A DNA stretch of 61,280 nt. Origin: an uncultured delta proteobacterium. GTDB taxonomy: Bacteria > Desulfobacterota > Binatia > Bin18. The position numbers and the translations under genes were made by a program. This document shows, piece by piece, positions 45,387-55,034 of the stretch (positions within the stretch are counted from its first letter, which is position 1; every line of letters begins with the position of its first letter). The stretch is taken from contig CAVTCR010000029.1 of NCBI GenBank assembly GCA_963733195.1, positions 1 to 61,280 of the forward strand, in the 5' to 3' direction. The notes under the pieces were generated by a model. That model made no database searches. It had not been told where the DNA came from and saw nothing but the letters and a program-made list of their open reading frames with translations.

Positions 45387-45758
45387 ATGGAGGCACTAGT
45401 GGCCGATACTGAAGTCGTTGTCGCGCGCGTCGGAGAAGTCATCCCCGGTCACACAAAGAAATTCATGCTACTGGTCGATGGCCGAGAGACCGAGTGTTTT
45501 ATCGTCAATTATGAGGGGCAGCTTTTCGCTTACGTGAACCGCTGCCGTCACGTCCCCATGACCATGGACTGGATAGACAATCAATTCCTTACAGAAGACG
45601 GGCGCTATATTCTCTGCGCAACTCATGGCGCGGCGTTCGAACCTGAGAGTGGAGAGTGCATCTTCGGCCCACCATGCGGAAAGTTCTTGGCTCGTGTCCC
45701 ACTCTCTATCGACAACGACCAAGTGATTGCCCATCACCCGCTGGAAGAAGAAGATTAA
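45387..45758 (+). CDS. Rieske [2Fe-2S] domain protein
   Basis: NRCRH and CATHGAAFEP..GECIFGP. Confidence 0.9.
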   Translation: MEALVADTEVVVARVGEVIPGHTKKFMLLVDGRETECFIVNYEGQLFAYVNRCRHVPMTMDWIDNQFLTEDGRYILCATHGAAFEPESGECIFGPPCGKFLARVPLSIDNDQVIAHHPLEEED

Positions 45759-45804
45759 TACCGAGCCATCGAGGAAGGAAAGTTCTCCGTCGCAGCCACT
45801 ACGA

Positions 45805-46059
45805 CTATTCCCACTCATCTCCAAAGTGCGCACGCAACAGTCGCTGCTTAAGGTATTCAAGTGTGCCAACGTCTTCAATAATATCACCACCTGTATCGTA
45901 GAAAAAAATTTCCCCTTTTTTGTTGCGCCCAATCGCAACAAGCCACTCGAGCTCGTTACGGTCTTCCAATAGATAGTTGATGGTTTGCGAGACACCTTTC
46001 GCCGGGATGAGCGTGACCTTCGGCCGTTTCGGCTTCTCTTGTGGTGACATAGACATCAT
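45805..46059 (-). CDS. Hypothetical protein
   Basis: 84-aa protein-like ORF with GGAG RBS, downstream of rlmD. Confidence 0.6.
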   Translation of the reverse strand: MMSMSPQEKPKRPKVTLIPAKGVSQTINYLLEDRNELEWLVAIGRNKKGEIFFYDTGGDIIEDVGTLEYLKQRLLRAHFGDEWE

Positions 46060-46133
46060 GCGTCTCCAACAGCGACCAACCTTGCGATTGATTTTCTCTT
46101 AATACGTCTAGAAAAGATAGGAGGTGATCAGAA

Positions 46134-47426
46134 TCAAGTCAAGACGCAGGTTGCAACCGTCTCCACATGATAGGTCTGCGGGAATAAATCGATCGGCTGC
46201 GCGATATGCAAGCGATATCCGTACCGCTGCAATTGGCGTATGTCGCGTGCCAACGTGGTAGGATCACATGAAACGTAGACGATCATGTGCGCAGCGAAAC
46301 GAGGGAGTTCTTCAACCACCTCTACCGCGCCGGTGCGTGGAGGGTCCAGCACAACCACTTCACATTGAGTGTTCTTTCGTAAGAGCTGGCGTACGCCCTC
46401 CTGTGCTGACGCACGCAAGAACTGTACATTCGACACTCCAGCGCGAGCAGCGTTGGCTCGAGCATCAGCAACAGCATCAAATGCAGACTCGATACCAATG
46501 AGCGTAGACACACACTGAGCGATCGGCAAGCTGAGGTTTCCTGCTCCGCAATAGAGTTCAATCACTCGTTGTTCTTTCTGAAAGCCACCAAGCCGGAGGA
46601 GTGTTGCAATGAGTGCTTGATTCCCAGCAGAATTCACCTGTGTGAAGGTCCCTCGACTCACTTGGAGCGAGAGGCCATCCACACCGAGATCACAGGTCAC
46701 AACTGGATTGCCCCAGGTCCGCCTCCATCCATGGCCAGAGAGTAGGAGGCCCGAAACCGTAGGATGCGTACGTAGAAACTGCGTACAGACAGCATCGTCA
46801 CGTTGGTGAAACATTTCGTCGGCTTCACCCACCAACACAAACGTCTCATCGTTTTTTGCTTGGCCCTGCCCCACAATCTCGACATGGTGCAGCATCGTGT
46901 GTAATGCCGTCACCCATTCTCGTGCAGCCCTAAGCTGGAGAGCACTCGCTTCTCCGGCAATCAGACACGCGCCAATCTCTACGATGTCGTGTGATTGCGG
47001 AGGCGAGAAGCCAAGGCGAGCGTTGTTCTCAACTCGTAAGCGAAGGCGGTGACGATAATGCCACTCACTTGGCGCAGCGATAATCGGGAGCACGGGAGGG
47101 TCAGCAATGCCACCAATGCGCTGGAGCTGCTCGCGGACTGTCGCTTCTTTTGCCTTGAGTTGTGCCTCGTAAGAAATATGTTGCCAGGGACAACCGCCAC
47201 ACCGTGTCACATACGGACAGGGTGGAATCCGCCGATGAGACGAAGGAGAAACGAGAGTTGTGACATGCCCGCGGGCATAGTTCTTTTTTTCTTCATCAAT
47301 TGCGACCTCAACTTCATCGCCAGGAACAGTGCCAGGAACGAACACCACTTTTCCTTCGCTGCGACCAACACCAGCTGGGCCATAGGAGAGACGATCGATC
47401 GTTAGGCGAACAGTCGGTTTTGGCAT
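46134..47426 (-). CDS. rlmD: 23S rRNA (uracil-C5)-methyltransferase RlmD/TrmA family
   Basis: TRAM domain, CPYVTRCGGCPWQH, LYCGAGN, LDPPRTG, YVSCDP, DLFPQTYHVE. Confidence 0.9.
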   Translation of the reverse strand: MPKPTVRLTIDRLSYGPAGVGRSEGKVVFVPGTVPGDEVEVAIDEEKKNYARGHVTTLVSPSSHRRIPPCPYVTRCGGCPWQHISYEAQLKAKEATVREQLQRIGGIADPPVLPIIAAPSEWHYRHRLRLRVENNARLGFSPPQSHDIVEIGACLIAGEASALQLRAAREWVTALHTMLHHVEIVGQGQAKNDETFVLVGEADEMFHQRDDAVCTQFLRTHPTVSGLLLSGHGWRRTWGNPVVTCDLGVDGLSLQVSRGTFTQVNSAGNQALIATLLRLGGFQKEQRVIELYCGAGNLSLPIAQCVSTLIGIESAFDAVADARANAARAGVSNVQFLRASAQEGVRQLLRKNTQCEVVVLDPPRTGAVEVVEELPRFAAHMIVYVSCDPTTLARDIRQLQRYGYRLHIAQPIDLFPQTYHVETVATCVLT

Positions 47427-47671
47427 AGTAGGGGATGGAACATAAAGCGTAAGGAGTCAAACGTAAACGGGGAAGCTTGGTAGTACAATGGCGGGCGCAG
47501 CCCGCCCTATGGTGATCACTTAGAGCTGAGTGCAGGCGTCGTAGGCCAGGCAGTGCCTGCCGAGTCCCGTTCTTTGCTGAATACGAGTCTGTTCTTTTAC
47601 ACTTTACGTTTTCCGCTTTACAGCACGGAGAACGTGAAACCCAGTAAACAGTATGCTAGAACCAGCGGACC

Positions 47672-48118
47672 ATGCGGCACGGCTTGATCAACATTCGACG
47701 CGGAAAGCGGACTGACCTTCCCGCATTGGCTCCTCTTCTCGCATTCCCGCCCACCCACAACACTGACAAGAAACACACTCAACACTGGCGCCGCTTGGCA
47801 AGCGATCCGGCACACGACTTTTATGTAGCCGAACAGCAAGGCACGCTTCAGGGCATGGTCTTAGTGTCCTATGTACGGACACTTATCCACCTGGGGTGGC
47901 TCGCGGTCCTCGATCTAGCGATTACACCCCCGGCATCAAGTGACGTTAGTCGTGAACTGATTGATTTCGCCAAGGCCCGTGCCCGCAAACGTGGCTGCCA
48001 ACGCATCGTCGTACACACCGATAGCAACAATCATCAGATGCCCTTGACGCCGCTGCTTGAAACAGGCTTTCTTCGCACAGGAGAAGTGTTATCTTGCCCC
48101 CTACAGGGAACTCCGTAA
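47672..48118 (+). CDS. GNAT family acetyltransferase-like protein
   Basis: IRRGKRTDL, FYVAEQQG, LIDFAKARARKRGCQRI, GF; degenerate acetyl-CoA motif. Confidence 0.6.
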   Translation: MRHGLINIRRGKRTDLPALAPLLAFPPTHNTDKKHTQHWRRLASDPAHDFYVAEQQGTLQGMVLVSYVRTLIHLGWLAVLDLAITPPASSDVSRELIDFAKARARKRGCQRIVVHTDSNNHQMPLTPLLETGFLRTGEVLSCPLQGTP

Positions 48119-48146
48119 ACTTCACAGGCAAAGAAAAGAGGGTGCT

Positions 48147-48521
48147 GTGGTACGAATTTTCATTGGTTTGCTAATAGGTTTTATTCTCGGCGTTGCGGGC
48201 GTCCTGCAGTATCTGTCTGCCAGAGATGGTGATCTACTGGTCGTCACTAGAGCACGCCATTTAGAAGAAGAAGTAAAGCAAGCGAATCAGCAGATTGAAC
48301 GCTTAGCCAAAAAACTCGAAGAGGCCGCCAACACAATGGAAAAGACGGCCGCCAGGTTTACTGCCCTCGAGGATCGCTTCGAAACGTTGCGTCCGTCTTT
48401 TGCTGCCGAGGAGTCTTCTTCCTCTACTACCGCACCGAGCTCTTCTGTGCCAAAGCCCCCGTCAGACGAACCATCGAGTGGATCGGCAAACCAACCAGCG
48501 GAATCTCCTCCTCCTTCGTGA
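48147..48521 (+). CDS. Hypothetical membrane-anchored coiled-coil protein
   Basis: N-terminal TM (IFIGLLIGFILG), coiled coil, Ser/Pro-rich tail. Confidence 0.6.
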   Translation: MVRIFIGLLIGFILGVAGVLQYLSARDGDLLVVTRARHLEEEVKQANQQIERLAKKLEEAANTMEKTAARFTALEDRFETLRPSFAAEESSSSTTAPSSSVPKPPSDEPSSGSANQPAESPPPS

Positions 48522-48649
48522 TTGCAGGAGAACCCCTGTCTGCGCTTTGTGGTACGCCTTGCTAATCAAGCCGCAAACGAGTGGGGCTTGACCCTTTTGC
48601 AGGGAGAGCGCTATTACAACGCTATCAACACTGTAGCGATTCATCATGT

Positions 48650-48726
48650 CGGGGTGTGGCTCAGCCTGGTAGAGCACACGGTTCGGGACCGTGGGGTCGC
48701 TGGTTCGAATCCAGTCACCCCGACCA
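48650..48726 (+). tRNA. tRNA-Pro(CGG)
   Basis: CGGGGTG acceptor, D arm GCTCAGCCTGGTAGAGC, anticodon arm CACGG-TTCGGGA-CCGTG, GGTTCGAATCC, encoded CCA end. Confidence 0.96.
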
Positions 48727-48795
48727 CTTTTCTTCTTTCCTCTTTGTTTTATCGTCTGTTCCGCTATTCCCTTCGCTGATCTGAAGGATATATCT

Positions 48796-49404
48796 ATGCT
48801 GCGCATCATTGTCGTGTCTCTAGCGGCGTACCTGTGCGGATCAATCCCTACAGGAGTGTTGCTGACGCGCCGCCTGGGAATCGACATTCGCAACACTGGC
48901 AGTGGCAACGTCGGAGCCACGAATGTTGCGCGCAGTGCCGGAAAGAAAATTGGCCTCCTCACTCTTCTTGGAGATGCGCTCAAAGGTCTCGTTCCTGTAG
49001 TCGTGGTGCGTATGCTTGGCCTCGGTGAAATCACGCTTGCCTGTGCTGCCGTTGCCGCACTACTCGGTCATATGTTTTCTCCATTCTTGCAATTCTCTGG
49101 CGGTAAAGGAGTGGCGACCGGTCTCGGCATCTTTCTCGGTATGGCCCCACAAGCAATCCTTGTCGCGTTTGTCGCGTTTATTGCGACCGTTGCAGTAAGC
49201 CGCATTGTTTCTTTGGCTTCTATTGTCGCTACCGTGACCCTCCCACCTTTGTTGATGTGGTTTGCTTACCCAACAAGCTATATATGGGCCGGGATGATTA
49301 TGGCTGTTCTTGTGCTTGTGCGGCATAAGGAAAATATTATTCGACTCCTCAGAGGTGAGGAATCAAAGTTTAGTTTTGCCAAGTCGTCACCACCTGCTGC
49401 CTAA
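48796..49404 (+). CDS. plsY: Glycerol-3-phosphate acyltransferase
   Basis: YLCGSIP, GSGNVGATNVAR, DALKG, GGKGVAT, RHKENI. Confidence 0.95.
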   Translation: MLRIIVVSLAAYLCGSIPTGVLLTRRLGIDIRNTGSGNVGATNVARSAGKKIGLLTLLGDALKGLVPVVVVRMLGLGEITLACAAVAALLGHMFSPFLQFSGGKGVATGLGIFLGMAPQAILVAFVAFIATVAVSRIVSLASIVATVTLPPLLMWFAYPTSYIWAGMIMAVLVLVRHKENIIRLLRGEESKFSFAKSSPPAA

Positions 49405-49494
49405 AAATGCAGCGCTGCCTGGGAACTAGGCAACAGTGTACTGGCGAGTCGTGCAGTTGCACGGGAATTTCCCTTGTCATACTAGGGGTACTCC

Positions 49495-49510
49495 TGGCAC
49501 TGGTTTTGCT
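49495..49510 (+). promoter_or_regulatory. Sigma54 (-24/-12) promoter of glnB-glnA
   Basis: TGGCAC-TGGTT-TTGCT matches TGGCAC-N5-TTGC. Confidence 0.85.
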
Positions 49511-49520
49511 CCTGCTCTAA

Positions 49521-49958
<438 letters not shown>

Positions 49959-49992
49959 ATTTTCGTATTTTAGCGAAGGAGGAGTGTAGGCA

Positions 49993-51406
49993 ATGACACC
50001 CAAAGACGCCGTGCGTTTGGCACGCGAGCAACAAGCCGAGGCCGTTGACTTTAAGTTCATGGATCTGCTCGGCACCTGGCAACACTTTACTATTCCGATG
50101 AGTGAATACGAAGAAGCAATCTTTGACGAAGGACTGGGCTTCGACGGATCCTCGATTCGCGGCTGGCAGCCGATCAACGCGTCAGACATGTTGGTCATGC
50201 CTGATGCCTCGACCGCTGTCATCGATCCGTTCTGCGCAGTGCCGACGTTAAGCCTGATCTGTAACATCGTCGACCCGATCACCAAGGAAGAATATTCGCG
50301 TGATCCGCGTAATATCGCTCGCAAAGCCGAAGCCTACCTCAAATCAACCGGCATTGGCGATGTTGCCTACTTTGGCCCGGAGCCCGAGTTTTTTGTTTTT
50401 AATGACGTTCGCTTCGACCAGAACCAACACGAAGCGTACTATCACATCGATTCGATCGAAGCAGTATGGAACTCTGGTCGCAATGAAGGACCCAATCTCG
50501 GATCGAAGATTCGCTACAAAGAAGGCTACTTCCCTGTTGCTCCACTTGATACGCAACAAGACATCCGCACCGAAATGGTGCAGTACATGGAGCGCGTTGG
50601 TATCCGCGTCGAGCGGCAACACCACGAAGTGGCGACTGCGGGTCAGGCCGAAATCGACATGCGCTTCTCTCTCGCTGGTGAAAATGGCGGACATGCTGCA
50701 GTGGTACAAATACATCGTCAGGAACGTCGCCCGAAAACATGGCATGACTGCCACGTTCATGCCCAAACCGATCTTCGGTGATAACGGCTCAGGCATGCAC
50801 TGCCATCAATCGATTTGGAAAGGTGAGAAACCGCTGTTTGCTGGCGACGGCTACGGCGGCATGAGCGAATTGGCAATGCATTACATTGCCGGTATTCTCG
50901 CCCACGCTCCGGCGCTCTGTGCGATCGTTGCACCGACGAACAACTCCTATCGTCGTTTAGTGCCAGGATTCGAAGCACCGGTGAACCTCGCCTATTCGTC
51001 ACGGAACCGCTCGGCAGCAGTGCGTATCCCGATGTATTCCCCAAGCCCGAAAGCAAAACGCATCGAGGTCCGCTTCCCCGACCCATCCGCGAACGGCTAT
51101 CTCGCCTTTTCGGCGATGATGATGGCTGGACTCGATGGCATCCAACGCAAACTCAGTCCTGGCAATCCGCTCGATAAGGATATTTACGCACTCACGCCGG
51201 AAGAGCTGAAAGATGTTCCTTCAGTTCCTGGATCACTCGAAGGCTCACTCCAAGCGTTAGAGAAAGATCACGCGTTTCTCTTAAAGGGTGATGTTTTCAC
51301 GCAAGACGTGATCGAAACCTGGATTGACTGGAAACGCACCAAAGAAATAGACCCATTGCGCCTGCGTCCACATCCGTATGAGTTCGCGCTGTATTACGAT
51401 GTGTAA
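49993..51406 (+). CDS. glnA: Glutamine synthetase type I, frameshifted near 50670
   Basis: [58 protein letters not shown]. Confidence 0.95.
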
Positions 51407-51430
51407 TCGGTTCCCGAGAACCGCTCAATG

Positions 51431-51468
51431 AAGAGAAGGGGCAGGAGCTTTCCTGTCCCTTTTTTCTT
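51431..51468 (+). terminator. Rho-independent terminator after glnA
   Basis: GAAGGGGCAGGA-GCTT-TCCTGTCCCTTTTTTCTT. Confidence 0.8.
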
Positions 51469-51575
51469 GTACACATGCCATTTTCATCTCTCCTTGACAA
51501 AAATTCGCGGCTCAGGCAGATGGAAGTGGCTCAGATCTCCCCCCTATCTAATCTCGCCAAAATAAGGAGAACGCC

Positions 51576-52511
51576 ATGGCATTACTAGATGGAAAAGTTG
51601 CAATTGTTACTGGTGCAGGACGAGGCATTGGTCGTGAAGAAGCCCTGTTGTTGGCTAAACATGGAGCCAAAGTTGTCGTTAACGACCTTGGTGGCAGTTT
51701 TGACGGCACCGGCTCAGATAACCGCCCCGCCCAGCAGGTTGTCGATGAAATCAAGGCAGCAGGCGGACAAGCCGTGGCGAATTACGAAAGCGTCTCCGAC
51801 TTCAAAGCGGCAAAGCGCATTGTCCAGTGCGCTATCGATACGTTTGGTAAGCTGAATATTCTCGTCAACAATGCAGGGATTTTGCGTGATCGCATGGTCT
51901 TTAACATGAGTGAGGAAGAGTTCGATTCAGTTGTCGGCGTCCACCTCAAAGGCACCTTCAATTGCACGCGCCATGCGGCGGAATATTGGCGTGAGCAACA
52001 CAAGATGGGGAATATTCTCAATGGACGTGTCATCAATACCTCTTCAGATGCAGGGCTGCTGGGAAGCCCTGGCCAGCCCAATTACGGACCGGCCAAAGCC
52101 GCTGTCGCCACCCTGGCCATCATTGTTGATGGCGAACTCCAGAAGTATGGCGTTACTGCCAATGCCATTGCACCACTAGCGCGCACCCGGATGACAGTTG
52201 ATGCCACACCGCAGACTGCAGGACTGATGGGTGCCCCAGCAGAAGGTGAGCATGACTATTTTAGTCCACATCACGTTGCCCCACTCGTTGCCTGGCTCGC
52301 CAGTGATGACGCAGCCAATGTCCACGGTGAAGTCTTCCGTGTGGGTGGTGGGTGCGTGTGGCTCATGCAAGGCTGGCATTCAGTCGGAACCGTGAAGAAG
52401 AAAGGGACATGGGAACCTGCCGACCTCGGGACCAAAATCAAAACCGAACTTGCTAAAGGTGGCACTAAGAAAGAAGGACTGGGCGAAGTATTCCGTGCGC
52501 TGAAATCCTAA
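51576..52511 (+). CDS. SDR oxidoreductase (hydroxyacyl-CoA dehydrogenase/MFE-2-like)
   Basis: TGAGRGIG, VVVNDLG, NNAGILRD, NYGPAK, NAIAPLARTRM. Confidence 0.9.
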   Translation: MALLDGKVAIVTGAGRGIGREEALLLAKHGAKVVVNDLGGSFDGTGSDNRPAQQVVDEIKAAGGQAVANYESVSDFKAAKRIVQCAIDTFGKLNILVNNAGILRDRMVFNMSEEEFDSVVGVHLKGTFNCTRHAAEYWREQHKMGNILNGRVINTSSDAGLLGSPGQPNYGPAKAAVATLAIIVDGELQKYGVTANAIAPLARTRMTVDATPQTAGLMGAPAEGEHDYFSPHHVAPLVAWLASDDAANVHGEVFRVGGGCVWLMQGWHSVGTVKKKGTWEPADLGTKIKTELAKGGTKKEGLGEVFRALKS

Positions 52512-52643
52512 ACTCCCCTACAGCAACGGTTTGCCGTCTGCTGTCCTATGGGTCGGGGGGAGGAATACAGGGGAAGGAATGACTGTAGGGAGGGGAGGCT
52601 TTTTAACCTTCCCCCACCCGCCCGTCTAGATATAGCACCTCCA

Positions 52644-53141
52644 GTGATACATCAGATCTACAACATCCTTATCATTTGTCACGCCAATACGAGTCGTAGT
52701 GTCATGGCGCATGCGCTGCTGGAAAAAATGCTGGCTGATCGTGGAGCAACGCATATTAACGTTCGCTCCGGTGGTATCGCCATTTATGCTCGCGACCGTA
52801 TGCTTGCTTCGCTTGATGCCCGTCTCGTTCTTCGCGATGTTGGTATCCACATCAACGATGGCGAGTTTGTTTCCACCGATCTCAAGCGGCATCGTCATCT
52901 CATCGAACAGGCACACCTGATTCTAGCTATGACCGAGGAGCAAAAACGCATGCTCGACGCGTATCCTGAGGCGACAGGAAAGCCAACCTACACATTACGG
53001 GAGTTCGCCGGGGAAAGTGGTGACATCGAGGATCCAGCCATGCAAGGAGATGAAGTCTTTCGGCTCCGTCTCGACGAGATCAAGTACTGTCTAGAAAAGT
53101 CCTTCGATCATCTGCTAAGACTATCGTATGAACACGTTTAA
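52644..53141 (+). CDS. Low molecular weight phosphatase (LMW-PTP family)
   Basis: LIICHANTSRS (CX5R), ILAMTEEQ, DIEDP. The GTG start is inferred. Confidence 0.82.
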   Translation: MIHQIYNILIICHANTSRSVMAHALLEKMLADRGATHINVRSGGIAIYARDRMLASLDARLVLRDVGIHINDGEFVSTDLKRHRHLIEQAHLILAMTEEQKRMLDAYPEATGKPTYTLREFAGESGDIEDPAMQGDEVFRLRLDEIKYCLEKSFDHLLRLSYEHV

Positions 53142-53545
53142 AAACCCGTCGGACGAACAGATTCGCGAGATTCTTGCCACACCCCGTACTGTCGCTGTTG
53201 TTGGTTGCTCACCTGATCCCAATCGCGATAGCCACGAGATCGCGGCACTGCTGAAGGCTAAAGGCCACAAGGTTATCCCGGTCAATCCGAGCTGCCAGGA
53301 GATTCTTGGTGAGCGCTGCTATGCCAGTGTTCGAGACATTCCGGTGCCAGTGGACATGGTCGATGTTTTTCGCCGGTCAGAACATGTTGGGCCGATCGCT
53401 GACGATGCCATCGCCGTGAAAGCGAAAATTCTCTGGTTGCAGCTTGACGTGATTAACGAACCCGCCGCACAGAAAGCGCAGACCGCTGGGTTAACTGTCG
53501 TGATGGACCGATGTCCGGCAATTGAATATCGGCAGGCTCTTCTAG
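53128..53545 (+). CDS. CoA-binding protein (YccU-like)
   Basis: VAVVGCS, IPVNP, VDVFRRSE, WLQL, VVMDRC. The natural end IEYRRLF-stop needs one indel near 53531. Confidence 0.85.
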
Positions 53546-53647
53546 GACAGTTATCAGTTGTCAGTCGTCAGAGATCAGTTGTTAATCCTCTAATTTTTCA
53601 CCCTTTTGCCTTTTCTTCCTGGTTCCTCTTTTCACTCAATAAGACAC

Positions 53648-54214
53648 ATGGCCTATCATCCGAAAATATTAAATCGTGGGCCACGCCTCGACTCGGAGAC
53701 AGTCTATACCTGCCGCATTTTCTCCCTGCGCAAGGATCGTAACCGCTCGCCACGAGATGGCCGCGAGCATGATTTTTTTGTCCTGGAGAGTGGCGATTGG
53801 GTGAATATCATCCCCGTCACTGCGGACAATCACATTGTGTTAATCCACCAACATCGGCATGGCATTAACGATATTACCCTGGAAATTCCCGGTGGGATGG
53901 TCGATGCAGATGATCCCTCTCCGCTCCATGCGGCACGTCGGGAAATGCAAGAAGAAACCGGTTACGATTCTGATGATGTAATCCAGATCGGAGCCATACA
54001 CCCAAATCCCGCCATTCAAGAAAATCGTTGCCATACCTTCTTGGCTCGCAACGTCGAGAAACGCTTCGACACTCACTTTGATACGACTGAGGAGACTGAG
54101 GTTATTCTGGTTCCGGCGCTACAGATCCCCGACTTGGTCCGCCAGGGCCGTATCACTCACGCACTCGTGGTGACAGCCTTCTATTGGTACGACTTGTTGC
54201 AGCGGAATTCATAA
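53648..54214 (+). CDS. NUDIX hydrolase (ADP-ribose pyrophosphatase-like)
   Basis: LEIPGGMVD..AARREMQEETGY Nudix box; DWVNIIP; PNPAIQ. Confidence 0.9.
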   Translation: MAYHPKILNRGPRLDSETVYTCRIFSLRKDRNRSPRDGREHDFFVLESGDWVNIIPVTADNHIVLIHQHRHGINDITLEIPGGMVDADDPSPLHAARREMQEETGYDSDDVIQIGAIHPNPAIQENRCHTFLARNVEKRFDTHFDTTEETEVILVPALQIPDLVRQGRITHALVVTAFYWYDLLQRNS

Positions 54215-54229
54215 TTTGCGAGAAGTCTC

Positions 54230-54956
54230 TTACTCCAGATCGCTGAGGAAGCTTATCGCGGCTTCGATCCCCGTAAATACGAGATCAACAGTTCCTTCGA
54301 TCAACAGCTGATCACTGTACGAGAGTGTTTCTCTGGTAGGGCTCCGCGAATGCGAGAGTCTTTCGATTTGCAATTCCTGCCCCACTGACGGCTTACGCCA
54401 TCCTGGTGCCGCTCGTCGTTCCTCCAGCTGCTGCAGTTCCCGCACTGTCTTTTCCATCTGTTGTGGATCAAGCATTGAGACCGGTGAGCGGCAATACGAG
54501 CAATGGGCGTCTTTGGTTAAATCGATACTTGCGCCACAGTTTGAACAATGCAGCATTTGTACTCGCCGCTTCAATTCCTCCATCTCTTTCAGCGAGAGAT
54601 CACGAACAAAGTTCTTCTCACGCAAGAATTGGAAAAATGTAATCAACCGTCCATGATTCTGCGGGCAACGTTCATAGAAGAATCGAGTAGTACGCTGGAG
54701 ATCTCCCGTATGCACGAGCATTCTTAGACAGCGGGGACATTGCAAGGGTTTGCTGGCCGCTTTGTTGTGGAGTGCCTGTTTCTCGTGGATCAGCTTGAAA
54801 AGCTGCAGAGATAGAGCTAGGAGTGAGTTGGAGGTTCTCAAACCCATCAAACCAAATCGCACTACACGGGTAACACAAATCGAGGATGATGGGTTTCCCA
54901 TAGTTCCCTGTAAAGGTCTGCACGTCCATCAATGCGTCACAGCCGGGGCAGTTCAT
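54230..54956 (-). CDS. Multi zinc-ribbon protein (zf-TFIIB-like), frameshifted near 54820
   Basis: CPGC, LDLCYPCSAIWFDGFE, CPRC, CPQNHG, CSNCG, CSYC. Confidence 0.7.
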
Positions 54957-55034
54957 ATTCTGAGTGTAGCACTCTCCCACGTCAACCGACAAAGAAAGGG
55001 TGGGATTCTTCCGATCCACCCCTATTGCTCGTGA

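Noticed and set aside
48650-48726. tRNA-Pro as an island attachment site
   Set aside because: No integrase and no duplicated tRNA 3' end seen; plsY follows directly.
50640-50700. Programmed frameshift or pseudogenisation of glnA (likewise argF)
   Set aside because: Indels are pervasive across unrelated genes; this one sits in a CT dinucleotide run, so sequencing error is more likely.
53546-53742. C-terminal extension of the CoA-binding protein
   Set aside because: Read-through into heptamer repeats and the NUDIX gene, caused by one extra base.
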